DNA of 64,000 nucleotides, from contig MEDY01000111.1 of the NCBI GenBank assembly GCA_001724265.1, positions 1 to 64,000 on the forward strand, written 5' to 3'. The position numbers and the translations under genes are program-made. Numbering within the stretch: position 1 is the first letter of the stretch; each line of letters begins with the position of its first letter. The notes under the pieces were generated by a model. The model searched no databases, was not told where the DNA came from, and saw only the letters and a list, made by a program, of their open reading frames with translations. Source of the stretch: Rhizaria sp. SCN 62-66 (taxonomy: Eukaryota). Below, one piece after another: positions 25,501 through 36,200 of the stretch.

Positions 25501-25684
25501 CGCCGGTAAGGATTGTGACAGTGCGGGGCAGAGCCAGGGCGCGCGGGACCGCAAGCGGGCCGTGCGCCGCGGTGGTTGAAAGAGAGCGCAGAGCAGACGC
25601 GGTTCTGGAGGTGGAGCGCGACATTGCGGCGGCGGCGGCAGCCGCGGGGCGCGAGGCCGGGCGGGCGAGGGCGCGGCGCAACAT
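22557..25684 (-). CDS. FZL/bacterial-dynamin-like GTPase with a predicted mitochondrial presequence, ~980 aa. Exons 25684-23312 and 23126-22557.
   Basis: G1 GEFNSGKS, G2 LPTT, G3 LVDTPGTN, G4 VLNKVD, plus ADLILFVTSVERPFSESE and a C-terminal hydrophobic hairpin AVELGALGLSGLVAAAVLDAAGLAGAGSVALAGFVILP. The N-terminus MLRRALARPASRP.. is Arg/Ser/Ala-rich with no acidic residues. Phase-0 intron 23311-23127 (GTCCGT..CTAG). Stop TGA. Confidence 0.88.
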
Positions 25685-26274
25685 GGCACCAGAGGAACGA
25701 CGGGGGCAGGGTGCAAGAGAAAGTTGTAGGCTGTGCGGGAGGGCTTGGATTCGGAGAGGAGCTAGAGAGAACCTGAGGCAGGTGGAAAGGGTCAGGTCAG
25801 AGAGATCAAGGGAGTTCGGAGTGTCAGGCGGCACTTAGTGAAATGAGTGCGAAACGAGCGGGGTATATTGTCAAAGATAAAAGTATAAGAAATGACAGCT
25901 AGATCGAACATAAAAATTGTTATTCCGAGAGTATATCTTATTGAAACCCGGAACCAGGGTCTGCGCGGTCGTCTTAAAGATCGCCGACGGGGATCAATCT
26001 CACTTGCGCCATCTGTTCGCAAAAAATGACCGTCTATTTTCGACGACATGCCTTGAAGTTGCGGTATCTCTTTGGCATCTCTACGGTGACCAATGTAGGC
26101 GTCGAATATGGCTGCATCTATCAAGTTCAAATAATGTGTGGCCTTTTCAATTTTATTATCAAACGATTTTTTATCGCATGCTCAGTATCATTCATAGCGC
26201 GCATCTTTTGTACACTTGCCTCATCTCCACACTTTGACTTTGCTGCTTGTCTCTTCCGAGCGCTGTAGTCCACT
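25685..26274. promoter_or_regulatory. Divergent intergenic region between the dynamin-like and P1 genes, probable bidirectional promoter
   Basis: 590 bp between head-to-head ATGs, with pyrimidine-rich leaders on both strands. Confidence 0.45.
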
Positions 26275-26723
26275 ATGCCCAAGATTGCTGACGACCAGAA
26301 GGCTGACCTCGCGTGCACCTGCGCTGCCCTCATCCTCTCCGACTCCAACACTGCTGTCTCGTACGTTCTCCTCCCGGAATGATCATCAAAATCATCAGCC
26401 CTGCGTCTACTCCCTTTCTTGGTCTCATTAGCGCATCACCCGCTTTCACACCGCTCACACATATTTGACTGCTTGACTCTAACCTGTATATTGCTCATGT
26501 CTGCGACTTTAGCGCCGACAACATTGCTGCCATCCTGGCCGCTGCCGGCTTCGACAACATCGAGGGCTACTACCCCAAGCTCTTTGCCTCCGCTCTTGAG
26601 GGCAAGGACATCGGCGCCGTCCTCTTCGGTGGCAACGCTGGCTCCAGCTCCTCCTCTTCCTCCTCCTCGGGCTCCTCCTCCTCCGGCTCGTCCTCTTCTG
26701 ACTCCTCCTCCGACTCCGATTAA
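26275..26723 (+). CDS. RPLP1: 60S acidic ribosomal protein P1-like, 98 aa, with an atypical Ser-rich C-terminus. Exons 26275-26360 and 26513-26723.
   Basis: Spliced translation: MPKIADDQKADLACTCAALILSDSNTAVSADNIAAILAAAGFDNIEGYYPKLFASALEGKDIGAVLFGGNAGSSSSSSSSSGSSSSGSSSSDSSSDSD*. The P1 motifs LACT.AALIL.D and PKLFA.AL are present, with C-ending codon bias typical of high expression. Intron 26361-26512 (GTACGT..TTTAG). Stop TAA. Missed by the ORF track. Confidence 0.85.
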
Positions 26724-27606
26724 GCGCTTTAACCGCAACCAGAAGCGCACTGACTTGCGGGCGATGACACAAACACGCTGCTGTCGCAGGTGCTTTAATA
26801 CCACGATACATCTACAGCTGGAGCTAGAAAGCTAGCTGCAGGACAGCTGCCGCTCGTCCGTCCGGAGTCAGTAAGTCAACAGTCAGAGATACAGACAGAG
26901 AAGATAACCACGCGTGTGTCAACATACGCGGCAAATGCGAGATTCAGACCCGGACTCGCACAGTACATAGAGCAGAGAGATTAAGATGACCGGCGGGACA
27001 AGCTAGCGTGTTGCTAGCCCTAATTGCTCATCGATAGGTATTTGACTGGTGTGGCGCTGATACTGACCGGGGGCGCAATAGAACGCGCCGCCGGGCAGTC
27101 TTAGTGGGCGACTCAGTGACGGCAGGTGGATTCACAATAAACCAAACTTTACAACAATTCCTTCACGGCATGGTCTACTGCACAATTTTTTTCGTTTCCT
27201 GTGTGGCATCTTGCATGAAAACGCTGTTTATAATTGCACTTCTGTCGAATGATGTGTCGTATGATGATGTTTTCCATTGTTAGAACCCATTTGTGGTCAC
27301 ATCACACTTGTCACCCCTTCGTCTTCGGCTCCTCAAGCTCGACGTAGTGCGGCACTTGTGACCGAGAAATCTCTTTGTTTTATCAATGCAATAGCGATTT
27401 TATAAATTAAATGTAAAGAAGTGTCACAATTGTATATATTCATGATTCAACTTTTTTGTTAGGTGTGATTCCTAGACTTCTAATCTTGTCTTGAAAGATC
27501 GTCAGTACAAGGTCGGGAGATACGGCAGCATCTCAAGCGCATCTGACAGCATTGAACTCACTCAAAACCTCTGTTATCGTATTTACTCTATGTATAGGCT
27601 CGCTAC

Positions 27607-30255
27607 ATGCTTCCCCAAGACGCAATGTGGGCCTCGAACCAACTCAAACGCGTACAGGCCGAGTTGACGGACCTGCGCCTGGAGCGCGACGCGCCGCTCA
27701 GCATGCTCGATACTGAGATCGCTCCGCACAACGAGGCATGGGCCGCGTTCCCCGACTCCAGCGACGCATGGACCGCTCAAGTCCAAACTGCACTTCAGCT
27801 TGCCGACAACACATCGATCGATTCAACCACCCATCGCCGCGCTCCCCCTGGCTCGGCCCCCGTAGCCGCGGCCCAGCGCGAGCGCGACATTGCTTTTGCG
27901 CGCTCCATCAACGCCGTCACCGACGACCTGACTGCGCGCGCGCTCGTGCACTCGCATGTCGGACCCGGCAGCTCTATTGCTGGTGCATTCCTGCCCGCGC
28001 AGGGCCCGAGTGACAAGGATTGCATTCAGGCCGTGAATGCTCTCAAAGAAGCGCTCAAGACAGTGTACCCACTGCTCACGGCCGCTTGGGTTCCAACCGT
28101 TGCGTCAGCCAAGCCGCACACGGGCGATAACATTGCGGCCTTTCTCTCTGGCAACACCATTGCCTCTGACGCGACTGACAGCAGCAATAATAGCGGTACC
28201 GCGAGCGCAAAGAGCGCTGGTGCCAAGACTGTCGGTGGCGCGTTCAAGCCCACTGCCGCGCTTGCCACTGGTCTGGCCGCCGCGGCGCGCTCTCTGGCGC
28301 AGCAGCCCGTGCTTAGCGCGTTCCACGCCATGTTCCTGCAGGAGTCGCGCGCGGCGCTTATCCGCGGCCGTGTCGCCGTGTACGCCAAACCGGGCGAGAC
28401 GGACGCCAAGAACGGCAAAAACAAGACCAAATCCACGGGGTTCAGCTTTGGCGCGAACAATGACACCGACAACGATAGAGACTCCGCGCCCAACGGCCGC
28501 TTTGTTCAGTCCGCTGCTTTTGTCACGCCGCTGTTTTCTACCGTGTACTCTGTTGTCACGACGCTCGTGCTGGGTCTCGCGGTCCAGCCCGTGCCCGCCG
28601 CCGACAACTTAAGCAACTACAACGGCAACACTGACGGTAACGCCGCAAGCAGCAACAGCAGCGGAAGCTCTAGTGCTGGTGTGGAGCGCGCTGTGGACGC
28701 AGACTGCCGCGCGGCTGCGCTGCACTTGCTGGCCACCATCGCGGCTGTCACCGGCGACGCTTCGCGCGTGACCGTGGCCATCGCAGCGCTGCGCCGCGCC
28801 GCGCTCTCGGCCGCCGCGCCCGCCGCTGCGGCCGCGCTGCCCGCCGCGCCCGGCTTCCCCTGGCGCGGCGGCTACGCCCCCGGGGCGCTGTCTGCACTCG
28901 CCGCCGCTCTCGGCCAGGCGTGGCCCGCGCTCAGTCAGCTGAGCTCTCTCACGCCCACCGTCGGTCTGGTGACTCCTGGCGCCAGCGCGGATACGGCGAT
29001 TGCGGAGCTCGTCGCTGCGGCGGCCGCACTCACTGCGGCAAGTGACAAGGACAGCAACAACAGCAGCAGTTCGGCTGCTGCCAAGACCGCGGGCAGTGAA
29101 GCGACTGCTGCTGCTCCCGCTGCTCTGGCAAGCGCTAAGAGCGCTGTTGCTGCGGAGGCTGCTGTGCCGCGGCCGAGCCCGTCGCTGGTGTGGGCCGGCC
29201 ACCGCCACGCCATCGTCGTGGGCACCGATTCGCGGTACTACTCGCTACATGTAGTCAATCAGAAGAAACAGTACAGCAACGGGCCCTTCTCCTCGGACTC
29301 CGACTCTGCCGCCGCGGGCTCTGCCCAACCCAACGGCGCGGCGACCGCGGCGTGCGCCCGCGCTCTGGCTGGCGAGCGCGACAGCGCCGCGACGCTCGTC
29401 TCCGGCTCTGCGGAAGGCCTATTAAGCGGCTGGCACGCCACCGCGGCTGGGCTGGCCTGGCATCCTGGAGATGCGCTGCTGGTCGGCGCGGTCAACGGGA
29501 AGTCCGACTCGTGCACGCCGACCAACGGCACGTTCAACGCGCAGGTGCTGTACTTCGACAACGCCGAAATGGCACTGGCGCGGTGGGAGGATCTGCTCGC
29601 CGTGGCCATGGACTTGTCCGTCGCTGTGCAGCACTCGGAGGACAAGTACAACGAAGGCGACCTGTTGCCGCTCTCGGGCCTTCTTGTGCTCGACGGCGAG
29701 GTAGTCGACGAGGTCATCGGCAGCGCCAGTCTCGACCGCGAGCCCGTGGTGCGCGGCGACATCCTCACGGCGACGTTCATGTCGCAGTTGCGCACCCGCG
29801 AGACGGACCCGCTGCGGCCGGGTGACGAGTCCGTCACGCAGCCCGTCATGAGCGCGCGCCAGGACATCTACAATGCGCTGCCGCCCCTCTGGCGCGCGCC
29901 ATGGCTGCGCAAGGCCTCGCTCTCACGTTGGTGCATCCGTGCGCCGCTGCAGGGGCCCGCGCCTGTGTTGGGCTTCACTCTGCCCGCCGGCGCCGCGCTG
30001 GCTCTGCTGCCGCCCGCGGTGCGCGCTGCGATGGGCGCGACCACGACGCTGGCGCCCAACAGCACGCTTGGCTACGCGCCCCGGCCCGGGGTCGACGCGA
30101 TGACTCTGTTCTTTACGCCGCAAGGTCGCGCGGTGCCCGGGCTGGTGCTGTCGGCCGAGGCAATCCGGCAGATCCTGCTCGTGCTCCGCAACGTGATTCG
30201 CCGCGTCGCTGCCGGCGAGGCCAAGCTGCGCGCTGCCAACGCCTCCAGTAGCAGC

Positions 30256-30291
<36 letters not shown>

Positions 30292-33200
30292 GCGAGTGCG
30301 AGCTCAAGTTTGACGGTTAAATCTGCTGATTTGGCGGCGAATACAAACGACGTCGAGTCGCAGCTGAAGGCCGCGATGGCCGACTGCGCTGCTGCGTTCC
30401 ACACTGCCAGCTTGCTTTCGCGCGCGCTGGCCATGTCGCTGCCGCGCAGCCACCCGCTACTGTTTGCGGCCACCGCGATCCGCGCCCGCGCCGCGCTGTT
30501 TCTGACCGGCGAGCCTGTCTACGGCGACGAACGCAACGGCGCGAGCCTGAAGGACACGGCTACGGTTGCCAAAGAGAAGGCTGTTGCTGCGAATGTCATT
30601 GATGCCGTTTCGCTCGAGACGTCACTGTACTTCTCGGCCGCGATCCCGCCCACGAACGCGCGTCGCGCTCTGATGCACGGGTCGCCGGTCTACACATCGC
30701 CCGCGACCCCCGCGGCGCCCGCCGTGGTGCTGCGCGCGCACGACGACTACACGGACCCGACGCTGCGGCCCTCACTCTCGGACGAGGCGATTGCGGCCGC
30801 GCTCACTGTTGCCGCCGTGTGCGACGAGGGCCGCTCGCGTCCGTACACGTTGGCCCACCGTGTGCGCGCGCTGGACCACCCGGTGGACGTGCCTTGGGAG
30901 CTGTTTCTGCGCCGCGTCATCATGCCGGTGCTGCCGCCCGCGATCGCCGCCGCGCTCGTGCCGGCGTGCAGCAACCCGTTCCCCAGCGCTGTTGCCACGT
31001 CTGCTGCTGCGACCGCCGCGACCGCTGCTGCTGCTGCTGACGGTGCGGCTACCCCTGTGTCCTCGTCGTTATCGTCGTCATCTGCTGAGGTTCCAACTGT
31101 CGAGGCTGTCTTGGTTGATACGGACAGCGCTTCAAATGCGTCCGCGTCCGCGTCTACGACTGCGGCTGGGACAGAAGAGAGCGGCGAAGGCCTTGCTTGG
31201 GCGCACCGCGTCTCCGGCACCGTGCTCTCTCTCTGGGAGTCCGTCTCAATCGTGCGCATCCGCAAGCGCTGCCCGGCGTACCCCGCCTCAGTGCACGCCA
31301 CGCAGCGCGCCGATCTGAGCGCGTTCGGCGACGGTTTGCACCCCGACGTCGTGCGCGGCGACGTGCCGCTCGCCTGGTCGCGCCCGCGCGCCGCGGCCGA
31401 CACCACCCTCGTCTTCGCGCGCCCGCGCACGGCCGCGCTCGCGCCTGGGCTGCGCGTGTTCGGCGACGTCTGCTTCAACGCCGACACCGCCGACACGCCC
31501 GCGGGGCCCGCCGCGCTGGCGGCGCTGGAGCAGCTAAGCCGCACCGGCGCCGCGCCCGAGGGCGTGCCGCTGCCCGCGCTGCCGCCAACGATGGTCGCCG
31601 ACACGGCGGGCGCGGGCGAGCTCGTCGCGCCGCCGCTTTCGTACCGCATGCTTTTCAGCTCCAACGACGTGCACAACGCGGTTGTGCTGGGCGCCGACTG
31701 CAGTGCCGCGACTAGCAGTGGCGCGGCGGCGGGGGCGGCGATCGAGGGCTTACCCCGGGTATCGCGCCCGCGGCACTGGGCCATCTGGCTTCCGCTGCCG
31801 CCGTCCGGCTTCGTGACGATGGGCGCCATCTTCGTCGACGATACAAACAACCCCGCCGCGTTCGCGCCGCGGTCCGCTGACGGCGGCAAGGCGCAGGGCC
31901 ACAGCTGCGACGCCAGCGACGGCGACCGCGACGACGACGACAGCGAGGGTGAGTTTTCTGGTGCTGCCGACTGCCGCCGCACGCACGGCCGCTACCGGCC
32001 CGTGATGCCACCGCGCGACATGGTGCGCTGTGTACACATGGCCCACGTGTCCGAGTGCGGGCCGCACCAGCGCGCGCTGACGCTCGAGGGCGCCACGTCC
32101 TGGGGTGGCGGCTTCGTTGACCCCGACGCAGTCGCAGTCGCTGTCGGCAAGCGGGTCGCCGCCTCGGTGCGCGCGGGCGCGGCCAAGAAGCCTCCCGTCA
32201 AGGGTGCTGTCGCCAAGACTAAGGCTGCCACTGCTACCGCCGCTGCTGCTGCCGCTGCCGAGGCCGGTACTGCTGCTGCTGCTGCTGCTGCTGAGGCGGC
32301 TGCTGCGACAGTTGCTGAGGGCGGAGACGACGACAAGAAGGGCAAATCCGCAGCTGGTAAGAAGGGGGGCAAGGCTGGCGCTGCCTCTGTTGCATCTGCT
32401 GGCGCCAAGGGCGGCAAGACTGGAGCCAAGGGCAAGGGTGCGAAGGGCAAGGTGGGCAAGAAGGGCGGCAAGAAGGGCGGCAAGAAGGGCAAGGGCCGCG
32501 GCAAGGGCAAGAAGGCCGACGCCGACAAGAGGGGTTCTGCCTCCGCCGCCGGCGCTCTCGGTGGCGCGCTGTCATGGGATACGAGCGCGCGCAGCCTCGA
32601 AGGATATGCCAAGATGCACCAGGGTGCGAACAATCTCATCAGCTTCCGCACGTCGGTCAACTCGTTCCTGGTCGCCGCGCTGGGGCTACACCACTTCGCG
32701 CCCACGGCGACAGCGCGCATGCCGCTGCGCTCCCGCGATCCCGTGCCCGCGGTGACGCCGTGGCACACCGAGATCCCGGTGCCGCTGCGCGTGCCGCCGC
32801 GCAACGCCGACACAGACCCGGGGCTGATGCATCTGCCTCTGGGCGACTTTCCCGCCGCGCACCGCGCCTGCGATTATCTCGACGCCGCGTACTTCGACCC
32901 CACGGTCGCGGACACGCGCGGCGTCGTGCCCGCGCACTCTGTCGCCGACCACGGCCGCCAGCGCTACGCCTCGGGCCGCCCGCGCCCCGGCGCCGTGCCG
33001 CGATTGGGGCTGCCGCTGGAGCTGCGCGTCCTCCGCGAAGGCCCCGCGCTGCCCGACCTCACTGCGATGCGCCGACAGCCGATAGGCTACACCGGCATCA
33101 CCCCCAGTAGCGTAGTCTCCGCGGGAGCCGCCGCGTTCGAGCTGGGCAACCGGCCGCGCCGCGCCGCGCAGGCGGAGCGCCTGGAGTGGGAGGAGGCAGC

Positions 33201-36200
33201 GGAGGCGCATCAGCACAACGTGAACTGGGCTGCGAACCCTACTGCGCATAGCATTCGCGGCGGCCGCGGCCGTGGTGGCCGTGGTCGCGGAGGCCGGCGC
33301 GGCGGTTCGCGCGTCCGCGTCAATGACGATGAAGCCGGTGACGGCGACGCGAAGGATGGCGAAGGTGACGCGCTTGAAGAGAGTGAGTGGGCGCATATGG
33401 GCGGCCGCATGCCCGATAGCGATGACGACGAATTTCTTCGTCAACAGGCCGAGGACGAGCTCGTGAGCGACGAAGACGACAACGACGACGAAGACGGTCT
33501 CATGCTCGGCGACGACGGCGACGAAGATGACGGCGCTGAGGGCGACGACGACGACGGCGAAGAGATGGAGGTCTACCACATCGACAGCAAGAAGCGTCTC
33601 GTTCGCGGCGAGAACATTCGCCCCGCTCCGCGCGCGCGGCGCCGTGCCGCGGGAGGGCGCCAGCGCGGGGCCGGGCGTGCAGCTGCGGCCGACGCCGCTG
33701 CCGAGGATGACAGCGCCAAGAACGACACTGCTGCGAAGGCGGAGCCCGCTGCTCCGCGTGAGCGCCGCGCGCGCGAGCATTTTTTGCGTGTTCTCGAACA
33801 TACTCGTTTCGTGTTTGGGCGGGAGTCATTCCCTGCTGCGCGTATATTCGCGAGCGCCGTTGCTGCACTGATGCAGACAGTGCGCACGTACCAGCGTCAC
33901 CCCAGTACCGCAAGCACGAGCAACGCAAATGTGGGCGCGACTGCAGCTACGACAGCGCCTGGGACTGATCATAAGGATGACGACTGCGCTGTTGCCGACA
34001 ACTCTGCTGTTCGCTTGTTTGAGCCCGACCAGCAGCATAAGGTCCCGCGCACACTGCGCGTCAATCATCATGAAGTCAATATGACGACGATCAGCCAAGT
34101 GGCCAGTATGGAGGCAACTATTGCCGCCAGCACTGGTGCTCTCGCCCGCGCTCTCCACCGCTGTGCTGTCAGCAGCAGCGCTGCCAGCAACACTGATAAG
34201 GACGAGAACAAGGACGACACGGATGAAGCTCGTAACAAGGTCATTGCGACAACGAGCGACGTGACGATTGTCGAGTACCGTCGCTTGCTGCTCTGGCGGC
34301 TGCGCTCTGTGCTCTACTGCTATCGACGCATGCTCGCCGCGGCGCCACCCGACGCGCGCAACAACATATATCTGCGCGAGGAGACTTTGGCGGAGTTTAC
34401 GATCTTCGACCCCGCGCCCGCGCATGCGGCCGCGCTCGAGATGCCGATGAGGGCCAGTGCGTACGCTTCTCCGCCGCCGATGCCGCAATGGGCGTTCGAC
34501 TTCGAGGTCGTGTCCGTCATTCGCGCCTTCCCGCTCGCGCTGCAGCGCTGGCTGCAGCGCGTCGGCACCGCGCCGCGGCCGATGCTCCGCCCCGAGGAAC
34601 TCGTGCGCGAGGCTGACAACCACGCCAACTCCTTCGGCTTCGAGGAGTCGCTCGTGCCTCTCAACGGGTTTGAGTTCGCGACGTTCGTCGGCGTCGGCGA
34701 CGCCACGGCGCTGCTCCCGCGCGGACACAAGGACGCGCCTCTCCGCACCGTCGCACCGGAGCCTGCAGCGGCGACTGCGCCTGAATCCGAAACTGTGAGC
34801 ATCAGTACGAATGCGTGTGCGAATACCGGTGTGTCTCTGTGTGCTGGTTTTAGTGCCGCTGCGCAGATGCTGACGCTTTTTGTTGCTCGCGCGGCGACCG
34901 CGGCTGTTGGTCCCGCTGCCACTGCGAGTCCTCTCGCTGCGAACGTCTCTGCTCTCGACGCCCACGGCAACCCCGTGTGGCTCGAGAGCGCGGTGACGCT
35001 GCTGGAGCCCGCCTCGGTGCTCACCGCGCCGAGCACCGCGCGCAACCTGCAGACGGTCACGCCGTGGGGCGTCTCGGGCATCTCGATGACGCTTTCGCAG
35101 GCGCAGCAGCGGCGTCTGCTCGTGGTGCGTCATCTTAACGCGCTCGCCGAGCCAGTGCTCCACATTGTGTCCGCGCACTTGCAAGTCGGCGCGCTCGTGT
35201 CCGACGCGACCAACGCGGCCCGCGCGCTGCTGACGGCGCAGTGCCAGGCGGGCAAGTATGGCCGCGGGGCTGAGCTCATCTTCCGCGTCCCGCGCCTCGC
35301 GGACTGGGCGACGATGATGGGACTCAACGCGGACATTTTCAAACCGCAGCACCTGTCTTTCACTGCGCTGCGCGGACTTCTGACGCAGACGCAGCCGCGC
35401 AGCACTCAGGTGCCCAGTGGGACCGAGATTTTTGTCACGCCCATGCACGGTCGCAACAAGATGCAGTCCATTGCCAAGGAGGTCTCCGATGCGCGCAAAG
35501 CGCTCTTCACCGCACTCACCGCCTCGCGCCCCATTGCCATCGAGGAAGCCGCGCGCATTGCGGCTGCTAGCGCCGCGGCAGAGGCAAGTCAAGGCGAGGG
35601 CGACGCCAACGATGGTGACGGCGACGGTGATGGCGATGATGAGGCGGATGAAGATGGCGCAACCGATGGTATCCAACATTTCTTCGATGCCGAGGCCCAG
35701 TTCTCTGCCGAAGTGAGCGCGACTCGCACCAAGAACATGCACCGTAGTCGCAAGATTGCGGCCCGCGTGCAGCGCAACGCCATGGCGCTGGCTGCGTGCG
35801 GAGCCAAGGCTGATGCCTCGGCCGTGCCTGCTCTGAGCGCGGACGACATCTGCCGCAACGTGAGCCACCGCGAAGGCCTCCCGACGGCGACGACGTTCCC
35901 CAGTGAGTCTGAGCTGCAGGCTGACGATGTCCGCTCCGACACGGTCACGTTCTCGCGCCCGCGCCTCAGCATCGTGTACTACAACACCGCGGTCGCGCTC
36001 GGCGGCCGGCCCAGCGTCATGGACGTCCCTCTGGGCACCACCACAGCGTGCGAGCTGCCGGGCCGCCCGGGCCTCCTGTCCGCCTTCAACGATCTCAACA
36101 ACGGAGTGCCTTTTGCCGGCGCTGCGCACGTACAGAAGGATCTCAAGGGCAAGCTCCCGCTGCCGTGCCCGCGCGCGCAGCCGCTGATCGGCGAGCACAC

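Noticed and set aside
25685-25834. Upstream GTG start for the dynamin-like gene
   Set aside because: Non-ATG start in a CT-rich leader; ATG 25684 begins a coherent targeting peptide.
27541-27606. In-frame TAG at 27595-27597 just upstream of the HECT ATG as a further read-through site
   Set aside because: The frame is closed by TGA codons shortly upstream and the sequence is AT-rich. It fits a splice acceptor or UTR better, so it is not counted as code evidence.
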